A stretch of DNA of 48,691 bases from a virus. This document shows, in pieces, positions 25,587-33,194 of this stretch. The notes beneath the pieces are model-generated. The model worked only from the letters and a program-made list of their open reading frames with translations, searched no databases and had not been told where the DNA came from. Within the stretch, counting starts at the first letter, position 1; the number at the start of each line of letters is the position of its first letter. The translations under genes were made by a program, and so were the position numbers. The stretch is taken from IMG/VR virus record IMGVR_UViG_3300048924_000031, positions 1 through 48,691 of that record; one strand, 5' to 3'.

Positions 25587-26957
25587 ATGACTGTGAAACG
25601 CACGCCTGCACTAGAGATGGCGCTTAACTCGGCACTGAGCGAGCGTCAGGCTGTGGCTAGCCGTCAGTCGCTGCTTATGGGTGGCATTGATAACAAACGC
25701 CCTGATGCCTGGTGCAGCTATGGTTACAAGGAAACGCTGTGCTTCAATGACTACTATCGCCTGTTCGAGCGAGGCGGCATTGCTCACGGCGCAGTAATGA
25801 CGCTGAATGAGGCGTGCTGGTCTACTGATCCCGAGGTTATTGAGGGCGACGAAGAAGATCGCGCCGAAGCTCCGACCGCTTGGGAGAAACAGTTCAAGAA
25901 GCTAGCCAAGCGCCTGAAGCTGTGGGAGAAGTTCCGTGATGCGGATATGCGCCGTCTTGTTGGTCGCTATTCGTGCATCCTCCTGCAATTCAAGGACTCG
26001 AAGCAATGGGATCAGCCAGTCGGCAAGGCATCTGAACAGCAACTGATCAACCTAATTCCAGCATGGGAGGCGCAGATTCGTGTTGCGTCTTGGTACGATA
26101 ACCCAGTAGACCCTAACTTCGGCAAGCCTAAAGAGTTCATCTACTCAGAAAATGCTCTGCATGAAAACTTTCAGGCTGAGCCAGGCCGTATTATCACCGT
26201 GCATCCTGACCGCGTTGTCGTGATTGGTGACATGCGCAACGGTATTCCGTTCCTGCAAGCTGGTTTCAACGACTGCGTGAACATGGAGAAGGTTCTCGGA
26301 GGCTCGGGTGAATCGTTCCTGAAGAACGCTAGCCGTCAATTGGCTATCAACTTTGATAAGGAGGTTGACCTTTCCGCCATTGCCCGCGCACACGGGGTAG
26401 CTGAGGGCGAACTACAAGAGATCTTCGATGAAGTAACTCGCGGCATGAACCGTGGGCAGGATCAGACGGTAATCACTAAGGGCGCTACTGTAACGCCTCT
26501 GGTGGCTAACGTTCCAGATCCTATCCCAGCCTTCGACGTATCGCTGCAATCGTTCTGCGCCTCTATCCGTATCCCGTCCAAGATCATCGTTGGCAATCAG
26601 ACTGGCGAGCGTGCCTCGACTGAAGACCAGAAGACGTTCAATAAGCGCTCACAGGGTCGCCGGGTTAGCCTGCTATCGTCGGACATTGAGACGTTCGTTG
26701 ATCATCTGATGCGACTTGGTGTTCTGCTGACTCTGGAATATTCGGTTTGCTGGGACAACCTGGCCGAGGCTAGCAAAGATGAGATGATTAGCATTGTCGT
26801 CAAGATGGCAGACGTGAACAGCAAGATGCTTGCGTCTGGGCAGCCAGTGTTTACGGCTGAAGAGATGCGCGAGGTGGGTGGCTATGACAACGATGTTGAG
26901 TTACCGCCGTTGCCAGACGTGAATCCGCCTGATGAACCATCGGTTCCAGCGCAATAG
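25587..26957 (+). CDS. Portal protein
   Basis: 456 aa, immediately upstream of the SPP1 gp7/Mu F-type gene (the classic pair). N-terminal region resembles DUF1073-type portals from memory. Confidence 0.75.
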   Translation: MTVKRTPALEMALNSALSERQAVASRQSLLMGGIDNKRPDAWCSYGYKETLCFNDYYRLFERGGIAHGAVMTLNEACWSTDPEVIEGDEEDRAEAPTAWEKQFKKLAKRLKLWEKFRDADMRRLVGRYSCILLQFKDSKQWDQPVGKASEQQLINLIPAWEAQIRVASWYDNPVDPNFGKPKEFIYSENALHENFQAEPGRIITVHPDRVVVIGDMRNGIPFLQAGFNDCVNMEKVLGGSGESFLKNASRQLAINFDKEVDLSAIARAHGVAEGELQEIFDEVTRGMNRGQDQTVITKGATVTPLVANVPDPIPAFDVSLQSFCASIRIPSKIIVGNQTGERASTEDQKTFNKRSQGRRVSLLSSDIETFVDHLMRLGVLLTLEYSVCWDNLAEASKDEMISIVVKMADVNSKMLASGQPVFTAEEMREVGGYDNDVELPPLPDVNPPDEPSVPAQ

Positions 26958-26961
26958 AAAA

Positions 26962-26990
26962 AGGCCTCTTAATTGAGGCCTTTCTTTTTA
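26962..26990. terminator. Bidirectional terminator after the portal gene
   Basis: aggcctc-ttaatt-gaggcct followed by TTCTTTTT. The preceding context TAGAAAAAGGCC is shared with the terminator at 29183. Confidence 0.8.
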
Positions 26991-27260
26991 CTCGTAAACG
27001 ACAGTGGTTGTCGTTACCTGCTTCTCTGTTCGCTTTAGACCTTCCTGCTGGATTTCGATTTGGTCGCGGCCATTGTCGTAATCTTGGTAGGCGAACACGA
27101 GAGCGTAAGTGTCTTCCTCTTTTTTCTTGATGTGGAAACTAACCAGTGCGCCACGCTTGTGAGTTTCTTCATCGTAATCGTATTCGGTGTCTTCGTCGTA
27201 GCCGTTAGCCTCGCACCAGTCATAGAATTCGCTGTTTGTATCAAGGTAGATCGTTGTCAT
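26988..27260 (-). CDS. Hypothetical acidic protein, 90 aa
   Basis: GGAGG RBS. Lone minus-strand gene between the two plus-strand cassettes. Confidence 0.6.
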   Translation of the reverse strand: MTTIYLDTNSEFYDWCEANGYDEDTEYDYDEETHKRGALVSFHIKKKEEDTYALVFAYQDYDNGRDQIEIQQEGLKRTEKQVTTTTVVYE

Positions 27261-27261
27261 T

Positions 27262-27290
27262 TTGTAGCCTCCAGTGGATTCGCGTACAAT
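27262..27290 (+). promoter_or_regulatory. Sigma70-type promoter TTGTAG-17-TACAAT for the head-morphogenesis gene
   Basis: Hexamers and spacing read directly, 37 nt upstream of ATG 27327. Confidence 0.5.
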
Positions 27291-27326
27291 CTACCCCAAG
27301 CCCAACGAATAGCGCAAGGATTATTT

Positions 27327-29177
27327 ATGGCCGGTTCTCCCGTGCTTCCCCGTTCACTTTCTGACCCGACCGGCCAAGACTCACGCGAGCGCAAGGCAAT
27401 CAAAGACTTCGACCGCCGAGTTAACGCAATCGGAAAAGAAGTCCTGCGTATCCTTGGCGAACAGAACTACACGGTCGTTACGCTGAATGCTATCGAGATT
27501 AACGCATCGACGTATCAGTTCGCCTTGGATCAAGCGATTCTGTCAGGTATCAATTCTGAGATTGAGCGAATCTGCAACCTGATCTTGCTGGAAGGTGGCG
27601 AGCAGGATCTATGGTTCATGCGCGCCTATGTCGAGCATAGCTATCAGCAGGGAACAGCAACGACTGCGGCTAACCTAACTGTTCAATCAGAAGCCTACGC
27701 ACTCACAAAGCCCAGCCTGGACGCAATCCTATTCAGCCCGCCATACCGTAAGCGCATCGGCTTATTGCGAGCCCGTGAGTTCGAACTGATGCAGGGTTTC
27801 AGTCAGCAGATGAAATCGGATCTTGCGCAGACGTTAACGCGTGGGATGATCGCCGGTCAGAATCCACGAGTGATCGCTAAGGACATTCAGGAGCGTACAG
27901 GTGTTAACCGTTCGCGTGCTGAGCGGATTGCTCGGACTGAGGTGACTAATTCGTTTAGGCAGGCGCGTATGGATGAAGCTCAGGATGCGCAGCAGTCATT
28001 AGGTATTAATACGCGCTTAATGCACCTTTCCGCCTTATCGCCTAGTACCAGGCCTGAGCACAGAGCCAGGCACGCGCATATCTACACGATTCAGGAAGAG
28101 AGAGACTGGTGGGCTATCACGCCTAACATGATCAACTGCTACCTTCCAGGAACGAAGGTAGCTGGTCGATTCAAGGCTGGATCAAAAAGCTACTACAGCG
28201 GCCCTGTCGTCAAGGTAGTGACTGCTAGTGGCCGGAACTTTACCGTCACCGCTAATCACCCCGTAATGACCAGTAAAGGAATGCTGCCTGCTGCAAAAAT
28301 CACAGAAGGCAACGATCTGCTGGCATACGGCGTCAAGGTCGAAAACTCTGTTCGGGTATCTGCATTGGATGATGAACAGGTTTCGGTTGCTGTCGAGGAT
28401 GTGTTTAGCGCGCTCCTTAAGGTAGGTCAGTCGCGTCCTATCAGGGTGACTGCTGTAGATTTCCACGGCGACGCTGAATTCATGGATAAAGGCATCGACG
28501 TTGTACTTGCTGATCGCGTATTGACCTTCGGCTGCGATACCAAGCTCGCCGAGTCTCTGGATAACCTCGCCCTCAAACATTCCGACGCGAGCCTCACTCA
28601 TGCCAATGGATCTCTTTTTCAGAACATCAAGACTGTCCTTCTGTCCTCTCCGGTTTTCATGAGCATTTGCGGCTCTCTGCTTCCTGAAGGCTGGATCAAG
28701 CTTGCTGGCGCTAAGAAAAGCCGCCTCGCTCATTCCACGGTATTCGAGTCCGCGCATCGTGAACCATCGATTCAGCGTAATCCTGGAAACTCCGGTTTCT
28801 TTGCTGAGCTGAAGAATCGTTTTTCCGGCGACATGCTCGGCGTGAAGAGCCTCTACATCGAACTGATCGGCAAGGTTAGGCGGCTTGATTCCATCCTGCC
28901 TAAACCAATCCCAAACGGTTCTGCTGCTAACTCCTGCGACAACCGCAAGCTGCTTGAGGGTCTTGCCGCGCCCGTATTCTTCGACAAGGTTGTTGAAGTC
29001 ACTATCACTGATTTTTCTGGCCACGTTTATGATCTCGAAGAGGTTTCTGGGCTCATGGTAGCAGAAAATCTAATAATGTCCAATTGCAAATGCTCGACTG
29101 TTGAGATCTTGGTTGACGAGAAGGGTAATCCTTTATCACCAGGAATCATCGAGCGAGCCAAGCGCAAGCTGAAATAG
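27327..29177 (+). CDS. Head morphogenesis protein (SPP1 gp7 / Mu F family) interrupted by an intein
   Basis: ATG 27327 with AAGGA RBS; the upstream part of ORF 27060.. overlaps another gene. The extein junction restores ...ITPNMIN-CKCSTVEIL, matching the family's conserved C-terminal NC(R/K)C motif. Confidence 0.85.
   Translation: MAGSPVLPRSLSDPTGQDSRERKAIKDFDRRVNAIGKEVLRILGEQNYTVVTLNAIEINASTYQFALDQAILSGINSEIERICNLILLEGGEQDLWFMRAYVEHSYQQGTATTAANLTVQSEAYALTKPSLDAILFSPPYRKRIGLLRAREFELMQGFSQQMKSDLAQTLTRGMIAGQNPRVIAKDIQERTGVNRSRAERIARTEVTNSFRQARMDEAQDAQQSLGINTRLMHLSALSPSTRPEHRARHAHIYTIQEERDWWAITPNMINCYLPGTKVAGRFKAGSKSYYSGPVVKVVTASGRNFTVTANHPVMTSKGMLPAAKITEGNDLLAYGVKVENSVRVSALDDEQVSVAVEDVFSALLKVGQSRPIRVTAVDFHGDAEFMDKGIDVVLADRVLTFGCDTKLAESLDNLALKHSDASLTHANGSLFQNIKTVLLSSPVFMSICGSLLPEGWIKLAGAKKSRLAHSTVFESAHREPSIQRNPGNSGFFAELKNRFSGDMLGVKSLYIELIGKVRRLDSILPKPIPNGSAANSCDNRKLLEGLAAPVFFDKVVEVTITDFSGHVYDLEEVSGLMVAENLIMSNCKCSTVEILVDEKGNPLSPGIIERAKRKLK
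28137..29084 (+). mobile_element. Class-1 intein, 316 aa (Cys1 ... Ser-Asn, +1 Cys)
   Basis: Block A CYLPGTKV, block B TANHPVMT, blocks F/G GHVYDLEEVSGLMVAENLIMSN followed by C. The sense-strand linker has no LAGLIDADG, HNH or GIY-YIG motif. Confidence 0.85.
28182..29024 (-). CDS. Antisense ORF inside the intein: putative homing endonuclease (two HTH repeats plus a Vsr/DUF559-like PD-(D/E)xK core)
   Basis: 280 codons, GTG start, in exact codon register with the intein frame. Motifs: GKTLKQLAVVAGVSSRTVWDWFRQDG, GKTILQLSKETGVSRITLNRWFTMRG and EGEVIQRLGELGIAAEGQYAISKYNVDAFIHEFSVAVEIYSSH. No clear SD. It could still be a shadow ORF. Confidence 0.55.
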   Translation of the reverse strand: MARKISDSDFNNLVEEYGRGKTLKQLAVVAGVSSRTVWDWFRQDGIKPPNLADQFDVEALHAEHVAGKTILQLSKETGVSRITLNRWFTMRGLEYRGMSEAAFLSASKLDPAFRKQRAANAHENRRGQKDSLDVLKKRSIGMSEARVGMFEGEVIQRLGELGIAAEGQYAISKYNVDAFIHEFSVAVEIYSSHPDRTRLTYLKERAKHILDSNRNLFIIQCRYPNRVFDLDAVCQQIVAFCDFCSRQHSFTGHYGVISGDGKVPATSSHYLDDRAAVVAF

Positions 29178-29182
29178 AAAAA

Positions 29183-29210
29183 GGCCCTTGATTAGAGGGC
29201 CTTTTGTTTA
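29183..29210. terminator. Bidirectional terminator after the head-morphogenesis gene
   Basis: ggccct-tgattag-agggcc followed by TTTTGTTT. Separates convergent transcription. Confidence 0.8.
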
Positions 29211-29402
29211 CCTAATGTCGCGCCAAGTATCTAGTGCAGAGGATAGCGATAGATCGGAAATCATAACTGCAAATGAAACGATTAGTCGGCCGGTTATGTA
29301 GATCGGATAAGCCAGCAAGCTCAAAAGAATCCGATGTGGCGGGCGAAGCTTCTCTTTTCCCCACTTCCACTGCTTAAAGTCTAGCTTGCCGATAACCATC
29401 AC
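29208..29402 (-). CDS. Small membrane protein, 64 aa
   Basis: Hydrophobic segments (ILLSLLAYPIYITGRLIVSFAVMI). Last gene of the leftward packaging block. Confidence 0.55.
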   Translation of the reverse strand: MMVIGKLDFKQWKWGKEKLRPPHRILLSLLAYPIYITGRLIVSFAVMISDLSLSSALDTWRDIR

Positions 29403-29893
29403 ACAACCTCCCGCTTAAACCCAGCATCAACCAACCTAGCAGCAGTCACGCGGCAATCTACTTGTGCGATGTCCATTAGTTCGCGGATTGCGGATTCGCG
29501 TTGGTCGGCGGCTAGTTGTTCTGGTGTTTTGATTGCGCGGAATTCATCGCACCAGAAAAGGCGAGATTGCGAATATACGGCGCATTCATTGCCTTCGTGA
29601 TGCCAGATTACTTTGCCTTCTACCCAGCCATATTTGTTAGTTAGCGGCGCAGGCAAATGGCATTCACACACCGTACCTACTGGCGGCAACCCATCGCCCG
29701 ACCACGCTTGCGGCTTTTTTGGGCGCTCGATAAGTAGCAGTCCATATTCGCTCTTGTTTGATGCGCCATTCCATGGATTGCTGCCACCGTGATAAACAAA
29801 CCCATGCTCGCAGCAAAACTTGTAAAACATCTTATTTACTGTGTTGTAATGCGTTGCGCTATCCGGCGCCAAACTCCAATCAACCTTGCTCAT
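29399..29893 (-). CDS. Hypothetical protein, 164 aa (C-terminal module shared with ORF 41179..41481)
   Basis: Start/stop coupled. WSGDGLPPVGTV...FRAIKTPEQ...LVDAGFKR parallels WNGVWPPAVGSV...LRPIHTEER...LYEAGYRK. Confidence 0.6.
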   Translation of the reverse strand: MSKVDWSLAPDSATHYNTVNKMFYKFCCEHGFVYHGGSNPWNGASNKSEYGLLLIERPKKPQAWSGDGLPPVGTVCECHLPAPLTNKYGWVEGKVIWHHEGNECAVYSQSRLFWCDEFRAIKTPEQLAADQRESAIRELMDIAQVDCRVTAARLVDAGFKREVV

Positions 29894-30183
29894 AACCTAA
29901 CCCCGTCCGCGTCATATTGTGGGTGATGTTTCTTCAGCTCGGCAATGTAGGCTCCTGCTACGTATTCGAAGTCTGACTCTGTGAAAATGCCGTTCGAGAA
30001 GTAGGCCGCACGGTCTGGATAGTAGACCCATGCGTTCTCGGCGTTGAATGGTTGTGCCGACATACGGATCTGTACGCCAGATGACCATACGTCAACATGA
30101 GCGTCAACCTTGCCAGTCTCGTTTACTTTTGTCGCCAAGTCGATGATCTCGCTCAGCAGGATTCGTTCTTTTTCGGTAGCCAC
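29890..30183 (-). CDS. Hypothetical protein, 97 aa
   Basis: GTG start with GGAGGG upstream. Confidence 0.6.
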   Translation of the reverse strand: MATEKERILLSEIIDLATKVNETGKVDAHVDVWSSGVQIRMSAQPFNAENAWVYYPDRAAYFSNGIFTESDFEYVAGAYIAELKKHHPQYDADGVRL

Positions 30184-30197
30184 TGTGTACCCTCCGC

Positions 30198-30377
30198 TTA
30201 GATGTATTTTACGACGCCGCCACTTTTTGCAAATTCCTCAGCTTTTTCAACCGAGACGTGGGTATTAGTTAAATGCCCATGGACGCCGCATGCCGTCCAG
30301 ATAGGAAACCACCAGCGCTTAACCTGAACCTCATAGCCGCAGTAACTATCTTTGGCAATCCTGTATTTGTTCTTCAA
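30198..30377 (-). CDS. Hypothetical small protein, 59 aa (MKNKYRIAKDSYCGYEVQVKRWWFPIWTACG...); not in the ORF track
   Basis: TTG start with GGAGGG 6 nt upstream. Replaces the implausible listed ORF 30346..30531. Confidence 0.5.
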   Translation of the reverse strand: MKNKYRIAKDSYCGYEVQVKRWWFPIWTACGVHGHLTNTHVSVEKAEEFAKSGGVVKYI

Positions 30378-30437
30378 GGTAAACCCTCCGTTTGTGTTCG
30401 ATGAATGTAGCCTCGATTCGGTTCAGCGTCAATCTAT

Positions 30438-31058
30438 TTAACCCCAGTTTTCCGCCATCGCATTGGCAATTGCTGGATATGTCCTGCTGCGTTCTTTCTC
30501 GCGCTCCGGTCCGGGTGATGCGTAATGGCATGCAGCGACGATCTTTTCGTAATCAGCTTTCTTGTGGGTTGCTATCAACTTAGGCAGCCCTTTGAGCCAC
30601 AATGCAGCGCCCTTGGTGAAGGGGTCGCCAAACATCCACGGCTGAACAATCTGGTCGTACTTGCCGATAACCGACATAGCCAGACCATGAGGCTGCGAGT
30701 TCTCCAAGCATATTTTTGGAATTGGCGCGCCCATCAGCTTATTGAAGAATGCAGCACCTTCAAGGAAGTGATTCATTCGATCTGGATACTGCGGATGACG
30801 ACGACGCTGAGCGGCCGGAAGATGCGTGTCTTCTGGGTGATACATCCAGCGAATGCCGGCCAGTGTGTTGTAGGTGCAGTACGGGTGTCCAATCATCATG
30901 TCCCAGCCTTGATCTAGGATGTTCAGCACGTCCCCCTGTATATGCCACTGCGGGTCACCTTCGCACTCGCGCAGATCGCACGACCATGCATCGTGACCTT
31001 TGGCGCGGAATGCATCTCTGACCCTTCCCGAATATTCGCAAGCAATTAATACGCGCAT
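30438..31058 (-). CDS. Minimal C5-cytosine-methyltransferase-like protein (206 aa, no room for a target-recognition domain)
   Basis: Motif I-like VLIACEYSG, motif IV-like GHPYCTY (P-C), motif VI-like LENS, C-terminal RTYPAIANAMAENW. GGAGGG RBS. Confidence 0.6.
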   Translation of the reverse strand: MRVLIACEYSGRVRDAFRAKGHDAWSCDLRECEGDPQWHIQGDVLNILDQGWDMMIGHPYCTYNTLAGIRWMYHPEDTHLPAAQRRRHPQYPDRMNHFLEGAAFFNKLMGAPIPKICLENSQPHGLAMSVIGKYDQIVQPWMFGDPFTKGAALWLKGLPKLIATHKKADYEKIVAACHYASPGPEREKERSRTYPAIANAMAENWG

Positions 31059-31113
31059 AACGCCCTCCGTTGATTTGCGTGAACATTAGCTGCTTGCTGA
31101 TTAGGAGTCAAGT

Positions 31114-31127
31114 GTTCTCCGGAGAAT
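31114..31127. promoter_or_regulatory. Palindrome family copy GTTCTCCGGAGAAt (13/14), intergenic
   Basis: Read directly between the TerL stop (31133) and the methyltransferase-like start (31058). Confidence 0.7.
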
Positions 31128-31132
31128 CGTTA

Positions 31133-32365
31133 TCAGCGACGGAGACGCTTAGGCAGAAGTATGCCGCCCGAGTTCTTCAGCTTCATCACAGGCTCAAGCG
31201 CGTAACGGATTGCATCAATGTAATGGTTCCAGTCGTCGACGATCACCGGCAGGATGTCACCAGACAGGCGGTCAACCTTGTAGCCGTACTTCCTGAACTC
31301 TTCCTGCACCTTGACGCAGCGAGTGTGAATTACCACTTCCTGATAGCTCTTGATATGCTCTACGCCGTCTTCTACGCTCCCCTTGCCCTTTGTGACGCCT
31401 TCGATGCGAGGCATCCCGTGGCGCTTCAGGTAGCTTATGGACTCAGGACGAGCACAGTCAGCACGGACGGCATGCTCGGCGAATCCAGGCACGCGCTCGT
31501 TGACGTATGCGGCTGTATCGTCAAGCTCCAGACCGATACGGCCAGCCTCGTACTCAACATAAAGCCGATCTTCATAGATCCAGCACTTGACGGCAGCTGT
31601 AGGGTCTTGCGCGAAGCCAAAGTCTAGGCCGTTGTATGGTCCATCCCAATCTGGACCTGGCTTGAAGTCTGCAATGCGTGACTTGCCAGCGAATACTTGC
31701 GCATCAGTACGGCTTAGATAGTCGCCTTCCCATATGTGCGCATAGGTTGCGGAGTCCATGGTTTTAAGCGCATGCAGGCGCTGCTCTTCAAGCTCAAGAG
31801 GGAACCACGGATTGTCTGAATAGTTCATTTCCACGATGCATGATCGCGGAGGTATGTTCTTTACGAAACGGGTGTCTACAGGGCTCCCGTCTAGGCGTGG
31901 GTTCCAGACTACCCATATCTCTGAGCCTGGAGCACGGATCGTTGGCTCTAGGGCCTGCCATGATGCCTCTGGTACGTCTTCAGCCTCTTCCACGATACAC
32001 AGATCAATCTGCGCCAGAGACTTGATAGATCCGATGTTGTGGCGAAGGCCTTTGAACAGGAACTCGGTCCCGTTCTTCCCTCGCAGGTAGTCAACGCCAA
32101 CGTCATAAGCAGCCTCAAGCCACGGCTCTGAAGCAATGGCGTTCTTTAGCTCGGCGTGGAATGACTCTTTGATAGAAGCCTGGAGTTCGCGGGTGCAGAG
32201 GATACGCAGCGGTTCGATTACGCCCCAGATAGCGGCCATCTTGGCGAATGAAAAGGATTTGCCCGAACCTCGGCCACCTCTTGCGCCTCGGTACCGAACT
32301 GTGCCGCGTGGATGGCTGAACACCTCTAGCATCTTAGGAGGTAGCCGGATTTTAGCCGTACTCAT
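31133..32365 (-). CDS. terL: Terminase large subunit (PBSX / Terminase_3-like)
   Basis: Walker A GARGGRGSGKS, Walker B-like LCIVEEAED, 410 aa, coupled to the TerS gene. Confidence 0.9.
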   Translation of the reverse strand: MSTAKIRLPPKMLEVFSHPRGTVRYRGARGGRGSGKSFSFAKMAAIWGVIEPLRILCTRELQASIKESFHAELKNAIASEPWLEAAYDVGVDYLRGKNGTEFLFKGLRHNIGSIKSLAQIDLCIVEEAEDVPEASWQALEPTIRAPGSEIWVVWNPRLDGSPVDTRFVKNIPPRSCIVEMNYSDNPWFPLELEEQRLHALKTMDSATYAHIWEGDYLSRTDAQVFAGKSRIADFKPGPDWDGPYNGLDFGFAQDPTAAVKCWIYEDRLYVEYEAGRIGLELDDTAAYVNERVPGFAEHAVRADCARPESISYLKRHGMPRIEGVTKGKGSVEDGVEHIKSYQEVVIHTRCVKVQEEFRKYGYKVDRLSGDILPVIVDDWNHYIDAIRYALEPVMKLKNSGGILLPKRLRR

Positions 32366-32823
32366 TCCTTGCCTGCTACTAGCTCGATTCGATTAGGCAA
32401 CATAGTGCCGTCGCTTGAGTGCTTAACCTCTTGCTTGTCAACAAGACCAAGGTCGCGGGCAATTAGAGTCGAATTCATCAGTCCAGCAACTGCGCGCTCA
32501 AACTTGAACGTGCGCATGCGTGCCTCTACCTCTTCGCAAACCATGTCGAACTCTTCGGAGATCCGATAGTTATGCCAGGTGTGCCGATGAATTCCGAGAT
32601 GCGTGCAGAGAGCAACGATAGATGGTGCCCGAGGCTTCTGCAATTCGGCCATGATGATCTGGCCTTGAAAGCAGAATGGTTTTTCCTCGATCAGTGGATT
32701 GGACTCATTCCACGCAAGGTATGCCTCGCACGCTTCCATTAATTCTTCTGGCGTCTCAAACGCCCGAGTCCGCCCGACTGTCGAGGTCTTATCCCCGGTG
32801 TGTACTATTGGCTTAGCAGCCAT
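32362..32823 (-). CDS. terS: Terminase small subunit
   Basis: 153 aa, ATGA-coupled upstream of TerL. N-terminal GRTRAFETPEELMEACEAYLAW resembles TerS families. Confidence 0.75.
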   Translation of the reverse strand: MAAKPIVHTGDKTSTVGRTRAFETPEELMEACEAYLAWNESNPLIEEKPFCFQGQIIMAELQKPRAPSIVALCTHLGIHRHTWHNYRISEEFDMVCEEVEARMRTFKFERAVAGLMNSTLIARDLGLVDKQEVKHSSDGTMLPNRIELVAGKE

Positions 32824-32848
32824 AAAAAAGCCCTCCGTATGAAGGGCT
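32824..32848 (-). terminator. Hairpin plus T-run abutting the TerS start codon
   Basis: The minus strand reads agccct-tcatacgg-agggct followed by TTTTTT, then the TerS ATG. Confidence 0.55.
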
Positions 32849-32864
32849 ATCTTAGCATTTTCCG

Positions 32865-33194
32865 CTATTCCGCTGCTTTCTTATCTGCAAACTTGGCAGC
32901 GAATGCCTTAACCTGATCAATCCCGAAGACTGCAACTGCGCCACCGATAGCGAAACACCAGCCGTTAGAAAGGCCGAACGCCTCGACTGCTGAGCCAGCC
33001 ATGAATGTGATGATGCCGCCACCACTCACCTCAAGCAGCGCAGTCCAAAACGTTCGCTCTTTGTTTCGAAACGCCATCACAGTACTAAGCGCGACGTTCA
33101 TAACAGCGGCTTTCAGTGGTTCTGGCAAGCTGGCCCAGAATTGAGCAATTACGCTTGGGTCGCTAGTTGGGTCGCTCATTGGTGACTTCTTCAT
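32865..33194 (-). CDS. Class I holin, lambda S-like, with a possible dual start (MKKSPM)
   Basis: Three TM segments. C-terminus AIGGAVAVFGIDQVKAFAAKFADKKAAE parallels lambda S [23 protein letters not shown]. Start is uncertain (33260, 33230, 33194 or 33179) and there is no strong SD. Confidence 0.7.
   Translation of the reverse strand: MKKSPMSDPTSDPSVIAQFWASLPEPLKAAVMNVALSTVMAFRNKERTFWTALLEVSGGGIITFMAGSAVEAFGLSNGWCFAIGGAVAVFGIDQVKAFAAKFADKKAAE

Noticed and set aside
27060-27326. A 5' extension of the head-morphogenesis ORF, which the track starts at 27060.
   Set aside because: The extension is antisense to the well-supported ORF 26988..27260 and translates to a hydrophobic nonsense-like peptide. 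ATG 27327 has an RBS and a promoter upstream.
30346-30531. The listed 61-codon minus-strand ORF.
   Set aside because: It overlaps the 3' end of the methyltransferase-like gene out of frame. The TTG-initiated ORF 30198..30377, which has a GGAGGG RBS, explains the region better.
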